DNA of 15,384 nucleotides. Origin: an uncultured Actinomycetes bacterium. Its GTDB lineage: Bacteria > Actinomycetota > Actinomycetes > S36-B12 > CAIYMF01. Every line of letters starts with the position of its first letter. Within the stretch, counting starts at the first letter, position 1. A program made the position numbers and the translations under genes. The stretch spans positions 1 to 15,384 of the forward strand of contig CAWJMG010000002.1 of assembly GCA_963843975.1 (NCBI GenBank). The letters run 5' to 3'. The notes under the pieces were generated by a model that worked only from the letters and a program-made list of their open reading frames with translations, made no database searches and was not told where the DNA came from. Positions 8,262-15,256 of this stretch are shown here, piece after piece.

Positions 8262-9872
8262 TCAGACGTCGGCAGACGGCGTCGCGAGCTGCAGGACGGC
8301 GTGGCCGAACCCATCGACCAGGACGGTTCTGCCGTCGACGCTCACGCCGCCTCCGTGCACGACCGTCGCACCGCGGACCTCGTCGGCCGCCAGCTCGGCC
8401 GGCTCGCGGCGCGGGTTGACCACGACCAGGTGAGTGCCGCCGCGGACGTACGCGAGCGGGTAACCGTCGTGCACGAGCCGCGTGTCCGATCGCGCCGACA
8501 GCGCCGGCGTGCTCCGTCGCAGCGCGACGAGCTCGCGCACGAGGTGCAGCAGCGAGTCAGGGTCCGCGCGCTGTGCCGCCACCGTCGGCCGCTCGGGGTC
8601 GGGGTCGATCGGGAGGTAGAGCCGCTCCGGTGCCGCGGTCGAGAACCCGGCGTTCGCGGTCCCGTCCCACTGCATCGGCGTACGGCATCCGGCTCGGTTG
8701 TACGTCGGGTTGCAGATGCTGCCCTCGACGTCAGGGAGCCCGGGCAGGTAGCGCATGCCGATCTCATCCCCGAAGTAGATGACGGGCACCGTCCCCCAGG
8801 TGAGCAGGAAGGTGAACGCCGCTCCGAGCTGCTCCGCGGTGCGCGACCCGCAGGCGAGCCGCGAGTAGTCGTGGTCGGCGGTCGACATGAGGACGAGGCG
8901 CTCGGGGTCGTCGGTCTTCACGGCCTCCCAGGAGTCGAGGAACGGCTGCGCGCTGCCGAGGCCGTCGGCGTCGAAGAAGGCGTGGGCGTACTTCCCCCAG
9001 ACCAGCTCGCCGGCTCCGCCGTTGTCGAACAGGCTGGCGTGCTCCTGGTTGATCACGAGGAAGAAGTCGGCATCGAAGGCGAGCCGATCGCCCGTGCGCG
9101 GCTCGCGGCCCTCGGGGACGATCACGGCCTCGGGGTACGTCGCGTCGAGCCACCCGCGCAGCTCGCGCCAGACGGCGGTCGTCTCTACGTGGCCGGGGTC
9201 GTCCTTCACCAGCGAGAAGGCCATGTCGACGCGGAACCCCGCGACACCGCGGTCGAGCCAGAAGGCCATGACGTCCTTGAGCGCCTGCCGGTTGCGCAGC
9301 GGGCCCGGTGCGTTGACGGGCTGGCGCCACGGCTCCGCGGGGTCGAGCCGTGCGTAGCCGAAGTTGAGCGCCGGTTGCTCGTCGAAGAAGTTCTTCAGGT
9401 AGTGCCCATGGCGCGGGCCGGGCGAGCGCACGAACGACGGCGTGCCGGCTGAGTCCTTGGTGGTGTCGCGGTACGGGACGTCATCGGCCCAGACGTAGCG
9501 GTCGCCGAGCGGGTCCGGGACGTCGGAGGCGAGCTCGGCCTGGAACCAGGCGTGCTCGATCGAGGTGTGACCGGCGACGAGGTCGAGGAGCACGCGGATG
9601 CCGCGCTCGCGCGCCGCGGTCACGAGCTCGACAAGGTCGTCGTTGGTGCCGTACCTCGGCGCGACCTGCACGTAGTTGGAGACGTCGTACCCCGCGTCGA
9701 CGAACGGCGACGCGAAGAGAGGGTTGAACCAGATCGTGTCGACGCCGAGCCAGGCGAGGTGGTCGAGGTTGTCGATGACACCGCGGAGGTCGCCGATGCC
9801 GTCGCCGTCCGAGTCGGCGAACGACTGGGGGTAGATCTCGTACATCACCGCGTCTGCGAGCCAGTCGGACAT
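8262..9872 (-). CDS. Glycoside hydrolase family 13 enzyme (alpha-glucosidase / oligo-1,6-glucosidase-like alpha-amylase family protein)
   Basis: ORF 8262..9872(-), 536 aa. The N-terminus YEIYPQSFADSDGDGIGDLRGVIDNLDHLAWLGVDTIWFNPLF is the classic GH13 opening. Conserved regions are present: DLVAGH, GFRVDMAFS (nucleophile Asp), VIVPEG (acid/base Glu) and STADHD. GGAGGA RBS lies 3 nt before the ATG. Confidence 0.9.
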   Translation of the reverse strand: MSDWLADAVMYEIYPQSFADSDGDGIGDLRGVIDNLDHLAWLGVDTIWFNPLFASPFVDAGYDVSNYVQVAPRYGTNDDLVELVTAARERGIRVLLDLVAGHTSIEHAWFQAELASDVPDPLGDRYVWADDVPYRDTTKDSAGTPSFVRSPGPRHGHYLKNFFDEQPALNFGYARLDPAEPWRQPVNAPGPLRNRQALKDVMAFWLDRGVAGFRVDMAFSLVKDDPGHVETTAVWRELRGWLDATYPEAVIVPEGREPRTGDRLAFDADFFLVINQEHASLFDNGGAGELVWGKYAHAFFDADGLGSAQPFLDSWEAVKTDDPERLVLMSTADHDYSRLACGSRTAEQLGAAFTFLLTWGTVPVIYFGDEIGMRYLPGLPDVEGSICNPTYNRAGCRTPMQWDGTANAGFSTAAPERLYLPIDPDPERPTVAAQRADPDSLLHLVRELVALRRSTPALSARSDTRLVHDGYPLAYVRGGTHLVVVNPRREPAELAADEVRGATVVHGGGVSVDGRTVLVDGFGHAVLQLATPSADV

Positions 9873-9873
9873 G

Positions 9874-9904
9874 GTTCCTCCGTCGAGTGCGTCGTCGGAG
9901 GAAC
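9874..9904 (-). promoter_or_regulatory. Hairpin whose 3' arm contains the GH13 Shine-Dalgarno sequence; it may also terminate the upstream two-component operon
   Basis: On the minus strand: GTTCCTCCG, a 13-nt loop, CGGAGGAAC, C, ATG. This is a 9-bp perfect stem (plus-strand arms 9874-9882 and 9896-9904). The GGAGGA RBS is fully paired with an anti-SD CCTCC arm. The hairpin lies 20 nt after the response-regulator stop. Confidence 0.4.
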
Positions 9905-9924
9905 GCTAGACCGCGGGGGCCAGG

Positions 9925-10560
9925 TCACACGTCGCGGTCGACGAGGTTCTCCTTGGCCCACAGGGCGGCGCTCGTACGGTCGCCGACGCCGAGCCGCGTG
10001 AAGGCATTGGTGAGGTGGCCCTTGACCGTGCGCTCGCTGATGCCGAGCCGACGCGCGATCTGCCCGTTGGTGAGGCCGCGCACGACGAGCAGCAGCACGT
10101 CGCGCTCGCGGTCGGTCAGCTCGTCGGCCGGGGTCGGCGGTGCGGCCGCCCGACGCTCGAGGGCGACCCGGGCGGCCTTCGGGTGCAGCGGCGACTCGCC
10201 GCGCGCCGCAGTGCGGACGGCGTCGACGATCTCTGCGGGGTCGCAGTCCTTGAGCAGGTAGCCGACGGCACCGGCGTCGAGCGCATCGAGGATGCGGTCC
10301 TGGTCGGAGAACGACGTGAGCGCCACCACCGCGACGTCGGAGTCCAGCCCGACGATGTCGCGCGTCGCCGCCGTGCCGTCGCGGCCGGGCATCGAGAGGT
10401 CCATGAGCACGACCTGCGGATGGTGCTCGCGCACCGCCTCGACGGCGTCGGCAGCGTTGGAGCAGGCGGCCACCACCCGGATGTCGCCGTGCGACTCCAG
10501 CATGAGGCTCACCCCGTGGCGCACCACGGGATGGTCGTCCACGACCACGACGTCGATCAT
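9925..10560 (-). CDS. NarL/LuxR-family two-component response regulator (REC + LuxR-type HTH)
   Basis: ORF 9925..10560(-), 211 aa. Receiver motifs: MIDVVVVDDHPVVRHG and VVLMDLSMPGRDG (phospho-acceptor Asp). C-terminal HTH: LTDRERDVLLLVVRGLTNGQIARRLGISERTVKGHLTNAF. Its ATG directly abuts the kinase stop (TAGATG). Confidence 0.92.
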   Translation of the reverse strand: MIDVVVVDDHPVVRHGVSLMLESHGDIRVVAACSNAADAVEAVREHHPQVVLMDLSMPGRDGTAATRDIVGLDSDVAVVALTSFSDQDRILDALDAGAVGYLLKDCDPAEIVDAVRTAARGESPLHPKAARVALERRAAAPPTPADELTDRERDVLLLVVRGLTNGQIARRLGISERTVKGHLTNAFTRLGVGDRTSAALWAKENLVDRDV

Positions 10561-11859
10561 CTAGAGGGGGATCCTCGCTGTGAGTGTGGTGCCCTGCCCC
10601 GGTGCCGAGCGTACGGCGAGCGTGCCGCCGACCTCCGCGACCGAGTCCTCGAGGAGTGCGAGGCCGAGGTGCCCGTCGGGCGTCGACGCGGACGGTCGTG
10701 CCGGGTCCACCAGGGTGAAGCCCTTGCCGTCGTCCGCGACCACGAGGCTGACGGAGGTCGAGTTCCGCGCGATGGCGAGGCGCACGCGCGTCGCTTCTGC
10801 GTGCTTGACGATGTTCCGCACGGCCTCCTGGGCGACGCGGAACAGAGCCACGTCGACCTCGTCGGGCAGCCGCCCCGCGCCGTCGACGTCGAGCTCGACG
10901 TCGATCTTGCGGCTGGCGAGCTGGGCGGTGAGGTCGCTGAGGGCGGCCGCGAGCCCGGAGCGGCGCAGGCCCGGGGGGTAGATCTCGACGAGAAGCGACC
11001 GCAGGCCGCGGACCCCCTGGCGCAACTCGGTCGCCGCGTTGCGCACGGTCGAGGAGGCCCACCGCTGCTCGGTCGCCGTGAGCTGCTCGCTGCTCAGCTT
11101 GTCGGCAACGCCGGAGAGCGCGTAGCTCGAGCCGGCGAGCGACTGGACGATGCCGTCGTGCAGGTGCGCTGCGATGCGGCGGCGCTCGGTGGTCGAGGCG
11201 TCGAGCGCGTGCTGCAGCAGCCGCACCCTCTCGGCCCGGGCGCGGTCGAGGCTCCGCGCGAGCGACCACGCGACCGGCACGAGTGCGAGCAGCAGCAGTG
11301 CGAGACCGCCGATCGTGATCGGCGCGAACTCGCCGAGCACCTCGCGCTGGCGGGCGTCGACGGCCGTACGCGTCTGGTACGTCTCGAAGAGCAGCGTGTC
11401 GCCGTTCGGCGCCCAGACCGGGAGGTAGACCTCGAGCAGCGGGCCGTGGCCGGCGTCGAAGCGGTTCTCCGGCCGCTGGAGGTCGCTGGCCTCGGCGACG
11501 GCCTGGCCGCCAGAGTTGAGGACCTCGAGCTCCTCCTCGTCGAGGTCGTACTGCGTGCCGATGAGGCGGGGCTCGTCGGAGTAGACGACGACGCCGTCGC
11601 GGTTCCACATCTTCACGCGCACGACCTCGTCGGACAGGACGCGTGCGCGCACCAGGGCGTCGAAGGTGGCGACGGCGGCAGGGTCGCCGGCGGCGAGGGC
11701 ATCGGTCAGCACGGGCTGGACGAGGGACTGCGACAGCGTGATCGTGCGCTGGCGTGCGTCCTCGATCGCCTCGCGCTCTGCGGCGCGGTCGGCCGCGAAC
11801 CAGACTCCGGCGGATACCAGCAGGAGCGCGACGAGGCCGGCGCCCATGAAACGCGTCAT
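10561..11859 (-). CDS. Sensor histidine kinase, HisKA_3/NarX-DesK type, with an extracytoplasmic sensor loop between two TM segments
   Basis: From ORF 10561..12315(-). TM1 FMGAGLVALLLVSAGVWF, then a ~150-aa loop, then TM2 ITIGGLALLLLALVPVAW. H-box ERRRIAAHLHDGIVQSL; N-box EAVRNIVKHA; G-boxes DDGKGF and GQGTTLTARIPL. The start is uncertain (ATG 11859 chosen; ATG 11928 or a GTG near 11870 are possible). The Ser/Pro-rich part of the ORF upstream of 11928 is judged non-coding in this frame. Confidence 0.85.
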   Translation of the reverse strand: MTRFMGAGLVALLLVSAGVWFAADRAAEREAIEDARQRTITLSQSLVQPVLTDALAAGDPAAVATFDALVRARVLSDEVVRVKMWNRDGVVVYSDEPRLIGTQYDLDEEELEVLNSGGQAVAEASDLQRPENRFDAGHGPLLEVYLPVWAPNGDTLLFETYQTRTAVDARQREVLGEFAPITIGGLALLLLALVPVAWSLARSLDRARAERVRLLQHALDASTTERRRIAAHLHDGIVQSLAGSSYALSGVADKLSSEQLTATEQRWASSTVRNAATELRQGVRGLRSLLVEIYPPGLRRSGLAAALSDLTAQLASRKIDVELDVDGAGRLPDEVDVALFRVAQEAVRNIVKHAEATRVRLAIARNSTSVSLVVADDGKGFTLVDPARPSASTPDGHLGLALLEDSVAEVGGTLAVRSAPGQGTTLTARIPL

Positions 11860-12007
11860 GGCCTGGCGCACCACCGACTGAGGGGGATCAGACGGTGGGG
11901 CGCCAGGCGACGTGGTCGAGTCGTGCATCAGTGGGGACACGTCGTCGACCAGGAGGTCCGCGTCGCTCCACGCCTGGGGGGACGCAGGTGACGCGGATGC
12001 TGCGTGC

Positions 12008-12148
12008 TCAGCGGTGACCGGGGCGGTCGTCGCAGCTGCGGCAGTGGCCGGCGGGGTCGTCGGCGCCGTTCTTGGCCTGGGCGACACCGGCGGGGACGAG
12101 GACGAGGAGAGCTGCGGCGACCGTGCCGGCGAGGAGCTTGCGGACCAT
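12008..12148 (-). CDS. Small ORF (46 aa) encoding a predicted Sec-signal peptide plus a 21-aa His/Cys-containing tail, directly upstream of the two-component operon
   Basis: Not in the supplied track (too short). Hand translation gives MVRKLLAGTVAAALLVLVPAGVAQAKNGADDPAGHCRSCDDRPGHR, then TGA. AAGGAG RBS lies 7 nt before the ATG (minus strand: GAAAGGAGACCCACCATG). 42 of 46 codons end in G/C, higher than the overlapping kinase-frame ORF. The layout is a positively charged n-region, a hydrophobic core and an AQA-K cleavage-type site. Confidence 0.55.
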   Translation of the reverse strand: MVRKLLAGTVAAALLVLVPAGVAQAKNGADDPAGHCRSCDDRPGHR

Positions 12149-12376
12149 GGGTGGGTCTCCTTTCGGGGGAAGCGGACACCCGTAGGTTCAGCCGCCGCCG
12201 GTATCACCCACCAGCCGTCCATGCGTCCCGGTACCTCCGCCCACCACGACCGCCGGCCCCCCGCGTCGCGCTGAGACCGATCGTCGACCGTGAGCGGTGA
12301 TAGTTGAAGGGTCACCGACGGACCGTGCCCGAACCTTGGACGAACCTTCGACGTCGTCCGGTGACCGACCGACCGG

Positions 12377-13267
12377 TCAGCCCGGGGGAGACGGCACCGG
12401 ATGGGGCTCCGCCGCCGGTCGGACGAAGACCAGGAGGCGGTAGTCGACGAGGCCGCTGGTCAGGCAGTGCTGCAGGGCGTCGCCGCCGGTGAGCATGCGC
12501 CAGTACTCCCCGCGCGGGCGCAGGGGTCCGCGGGCCAGGGCGACGGCCACGGAGATCGCACGGTCGCGCGGACGTCGCAGCTCGAGGTAGGGCGTGAGGT
12601 CGACGTCGGTCTCCAGGGCAAGGCCCGTCGCGCGGGCCTGCCGGACGAGCTCCTCGACGTCGACGAGCGACCCGACCCGCCACCCTGCGCGGAAGTCGTC
12701 CAGGCGTCGTCGGGCCTCGGCGGTGGGCGCGGCGCCAGCGGCGGTCAGCAGGTCGTCGCAGATCGCCAGGCGGCCGCCGGGCCGTAGCAGCCGGGCCGCG
12801 GACCGGAGGTACGCGGCCGGGTCGGGGCCGTGGATGAACGCCTCGACGGAGAAGACCAGGTCGGCCGTGCCCTCGAGGTCGGCGGGCGGGGCGAGGAAGT
12901 CGCCCTCGCGGCAGCGGACGCGGTCGGAGAGGCTGGCGGCGGCGAGGAGCTGCTCGGCGCGCGCCACCTGCGCCGGGCTGATGGTGACACCCTCGGCGCG
13001 CAGGTCGGGGCGGCGCTGCGCGAGGTGCAGGAGGCTTCCGCCGACGCCGCAGCCGAGGTCGACGACGAGAGGGTCCGCGCGGTCGGGCAGGAGCGCGAGG
13101 AGCTGGTCCTCGACGTGGTGGAAGGCCTCGTCGCGGGTCGATACACCGGGGCCCCAGACAGCGCGGTGGATCGAGGCGCCGCCCTGGCCCAGGCGGACGA
13201 AGCGCGCGGTGTTGCGGTCGTAGAACGCGCGTACCTGCTCGACCTGACCGGTGGCGTCCTCGGGCAC
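12377..13267 (-). CDS. Class I SAM-dependent methyltransferase (substrate unknown)
   Basis: ORF 12377..13267(-), 296 aa, GTG start. SAM-binding motif I VVDLGCGVGGSLLHLA, an acidic post-I residue, then LVFSVEAFIH and LRPGGRLAICD, typical of the Methyltransf_11/25 Rossmann fold. Confidence 0.85.
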   Translation of the reverse strand: MPEDATGQVEQVRAFYDRNTARFVRLGQGGASIHRAVWGPGVSTRDEAFHHVEDQLLALLPDRADPLVVDLGCGVGGSLLHLAQRRPDLRAEGVTISPAQVARAEQLLAAASLSDRVRCREGDFLAPPADLEGTADLVFSVEAFIHGPDPAAYLRSAARLLRPGGRLAICDDLLTAAGAAPTAEARRRLDDFRAGWRVGSLVDVEELVRQARATGLALETDVDLTPYLELRRPRDRAISVAVALARGPLRPRGEYWRMLTGGDALQHCLTSGLVDYRLLVFVRPAAEPHPVPSPPG

Positions 13268-13352
13268 GGCTCACCGTAACCTCGCGCGGCCGTGCGCCGC
13301 TGCCGCGTCGGTGCGGACAGGCGCGGCGATCCGCCGTCGGATCACGAAGTGA

Positions 13353-13393
13353 GCGAAACCCACCGGATCCTGCGTCGATGCGGTGGGTTTCGC
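13353..13393. other. 13-bp perfect stem-loop upstream of the methyltransferase gene, function unknown
   Basis: GCGAAACCCACCG (13353-13365) / CGGTGGGTTTCGC (13381-13393) with a 15-nt loop. It is located 86-126 nt upstream of the methyltransferase GTG. Confidence 0.3.
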
Positions 13394-13425
13394 GCACGTC
13401 GCACCTGTGCGCAGCGGTGGCGGGC

Positions 13426-13549
13426 CGTACGTCGTCCTGGCGGGTGACGGGATCCGTCTCGGGCGCCGCTGGTGCGGCTGGGGCGCGGGCGCGCTGCTTT
13501 CGGCAGGTCGTACGTCGTTCTTGGCCGGGTGACGGGATCCGTCTCGGGC
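13426..13549. repeat. Two ~40-bp direct repeats sharing an identical 24-mer that includes a 12-13 nt copy of the tRNA-Gly 3' end
   Basis: R1 is 13426-13464 and R2 is 13509-13549. The identical core CGGGTGACGGGATCCGTCTCGGGC lies at 13441-13464 and 13526-13549, and CGTACGTCGT flanks both on the left. GCGGGTGACGGGA (13440-13452) equals the plus-strand tRNA-fragment sequence at 13687-13699. Confidence 0.6.
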
Positions 13550-13627
13550 TGACGCAGGGGCGGCCAGGGGGCGCCTTCGGCGCGGTGGGCCCGGGGGGCG
13601 TATCGAGTTCCTCCCGATTCCAGGCTG

Positions 13628-13692
13628 ACCCGCTCAGCGAGAAGGCCCTCCTGGCGGCTTCGCCGCGGGGAGGGCCTTCTCGCTGAGCGGGT
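13628..13692 (-). terminator. Very strong 24-bp hairpin immediately 3' of, and overlapping, the tRNA-Gly acceptor end (probable native tRNA terminator)
   Basis: ACCCGCTCAGCGAGAAGGCCCTCC (13628-13651) is the perfect reverse complement of 13669-13692. The 17-nt loop has its own GGCG/CGCC mini-stem. No U-tract. Confidence 0.55.
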
Positions 13693-13731
13693 GACGGGAA
13701 TCGAACCCGCACTGTCAGCTTGGGAAGCTGT
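13686..13731 (-). tRNA. 3' fragment only of tRNA-Gly (anticodon CCC): anticodon arm, variable loop, T-arm and 3' acceptor strand. Not an intact gene; probable att-site remnant
   Basis: The minus strand reads ACAGC-TTCCCAA-GCTGA CAGT GCGGG-TTCGATT-CCCGT CACCCGC T, with the anticodon at 13724..13722. The required 5' acceptor strand GCGGGTG and a foldable D-arm are absent from 13732-13770. Confidence 0.65.
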
Positions 13732-13852
13732 AGTTAAGCTGGACTTGCAGGGTGTTGACCTGCAGTTATACACATCTGCGATCCTTGCGTGGGCTACACG
13801 TGGGCTAACGTAAGGGCGAGTAGAGGTGCTCGTCAGACCCTGAGGGGGCGAG

Positions 13853-14888
13853 GTGGCAACAACGGCGGGGGCCGCCAAGCGGAAGAGATCGTCGGCCTTC
13901 GGGACGGTAGAGCAACTGCCGTCCGGGAGGTTCCGAGTCCGTTGGCGAGACGACAACGGATGTCGTGTCACGGCACCGCACACCTTCGCGACCAAGTCGG
14001 ACGCGCGGCGCTACCTCGCCACGGTGGAGGCCGATCGCATCCGCGGGACCCTCGGAGCCCGACGGCAGGTCAGCGACAACTTGAGCACCTACGGGAGCGC
14101 CTGGATCGCACAGAGGCCGCAGATCAAAGACTCCACCCGCCACCAATACGACATCGACTTCCGGCTTCACATCGAGCCGGCGCTCGGCCAGCTTTGCCTC
14201 ATTGAGATCGACGCGGAGGCTGTGCGCCGCTGGCACGCGGATGAGTCACTCAGGCTGCGGGAGGAACTGGCTGGATCGGGACGGTCCGGCGCGGCAACCG
14301 TCGCGCGGGCGTACCGGCTGCTCAGGTCCATCCTGCAGACGGCAGTCGACGACGAGATCCTCGGTCGAAACCCGTGCCGGATCTCAGGCGGCGGAGACGC
14401 CCGTTCGACGGAGCGGCCGGTCCTCTCCGCTGAGGAGATCGGTCGGTTGGCCGAAGCGGTGCCCGGACGGTACCGAGCCTTCGTGCTCGTCGCTGGTTTC
14501 ACCGGACTGCGCGCCGGCGAGATTGCGGCTTTGCGCATTGCCGACCTCAACCTGCGATCCGGCAAGGCGAGCGTCACGGTGAATCGTCGTTTCTATCGCG
14601 TCGGAGGTGCCATCACCGTCGACACTCCCAAATCGCGGGTCGGTGCCCGCGTGGTCGCACTTCCGACCTTCGTCGCCACGGAGCTGCGTGCTCACCTCAA
14701 TGCCTACAGGCCCAGCGCGGATGGTTCTGATCTGGTCTTTGTCACAGCTGGAGGCCGCGACGTCGTCGATGGCTACTCCCAGGTGCTGCGCCGGGGCCTC
14801 AACCGAATCGGCCGCAGCGACGCGCGCGCGCACGACCTCCGTCATTCGGCGTTGACGTCCGCAGCCGAGCATGGGGCGACCCTGCGCC
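13853..14888 (+). CDS. Tyrosine-type site-specific recombinase (phage/ICE integrase), 3'-truncated before the catalytic Tyr
   Basis: First ~345 codons of ORF 13853..15022(+), GTG start after GAGGGGG. N-terminal SAM-like core-binding region (DNLSTYGSAWIAQRPQIKDSTRHQYDIDFRLHIEPALG). Catalytic-domain motifs FTGLRAGEIAALR (Arg), TPKSRVGARVVALP (Lys) and AHDLRHSALT (His-x-x-Arg). The expected GH...Y tail is replaced by unrelated sequence. Confidence 0.8.
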
Positions 14889-15022
14889 TGATACTGCTGC
14901 AGACCGTGCGGCGTGAGGATGAGTTGCTGACCGAGGCGGAGGTGCATCTGGTGAGCGTCTCGCTGGAGAGTTTCAAGCCGGTCAGAGTGCCGGAAATGTT
15001 GCGAAAACAGTGGCAGGATTAA
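14889..15022 (+). CDS. ybgC: 3' end of a ybgC-like (Tol-Pal-associated) acyl-CoA thioesterase gene, fused in frame to the truncated integrase
   Basis: LILLQTVRREDELLTEAEVHLVSVSLESFKPVRVPEMLRKQWQD aligns by eye with the E. coli YbgC C-terminus (...[45 protein letters not shown]). GC content drops visibly here, and tolQ follows, as in ybgC-tolQRA operons. Confidence 0.6.
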
Positions 15023-15075
15023 CGAGAAGTTGTTCAGGAAGTGACATTAACCCGAATAGTTCATTAGAGAAAACC

Positions 15076-15100
15076 TGTCATTCCCGCGAAAGCGGGAATC
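15076..15100. repeat. 25-bp hairpin-forming repeat of the ATTCCC-N8-GGGAAT (dRS3-like) type, copy 1
   Basis: GTCATTCCCGCGAAAGCGGGAATCC. The internal stem is ATTCCCGC/GCGGGAAT around GAAA. Confidence 0.7.
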
Positions 15101-15176
15101 CAGATGATAGAGGAATCCCCCGCGAGGGCGAGAACAACATCATGGTTTTGTCAGCTTCGCTGGCGTTATTTCTTGC

Positions 15177-15201
15177 TGGATTCCCGCTTTCGCGGGAATG
15201 A
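15177..15201. repeat. 25-bp dRS3-like repeat, copy 2, the exact reverse complement of copy 1
   Basis: GGATTCCCGCTTTCGCGGGAATGAC is the reverse complement of 15076-15100. The two copies bracket a 76-bp AT-richer segment, a NIME/MITE-like layout. Confidence 0.7.
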
Positions 15202-15256
15202 CGTAGCTAATGGATTATTTGGGATTAAAATAGTTCAAAATCAAGGGGAGTACGTT

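Noticed and set aside
8256-9452. 398-aa + strand ORF opposite the GH13 gene
   Set aside because: Shadow ORF with no motifs, fully overlapped by a strongly supported GH13 CDS.
9845-11991. ORFs 9845..11608(-) and 10015..11991(+) overlapping the two-component genes
   Set aside because: These are Arg-rich or Asp/Gly-rich alternative frames of the kinase and regulator genes, with no domain signatures.
11929-12315. N-terminal extension of the kinase ORF (MTLQLSPLTVDD...SSSSPPVSPRPRTAPTTPP...)
   Set aside because: The composition is Ser/Pro/Thr/Ala-rich off-frame-like. Its GC3 is lower than that of the overlapping small ORF, which has its own strong RBS. The first kinase TM segment starts only after ~11859.
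13426-13549. CRISPR-like array
   Set aside because: There are only two repeat copies, the spacing is a single 83-bp interval, and the repeats carry tRNA-derived sequence. There are no cas genes in the window.
13686-13770. An intact tRNA-Gly gene
   Set aside because: The 3' two-thirds fold canonically. However, no GCGGGTG 5' acceptor strand or D-arm can be found in the ~40 nt where they must lie, so I report only a fragment.
12312-13995. ORFs 12312..13712(-) 466 aa and 13342..13995(-) 217 aa
   Set aside because: These are Arg/Pro-rich frames that run through the methyltransferase, the hairpins and the tRNA fragment. No motifs were seen, and the region is better explained by the annotated features.
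15010-15201. 63-aa ORF MAGLTRSCSG...
   Set aside because: It spans the ybgC stop region and both dRS3-like repeats, has no RBS and no protein-like features. It is an artefact of the repeat sequence.
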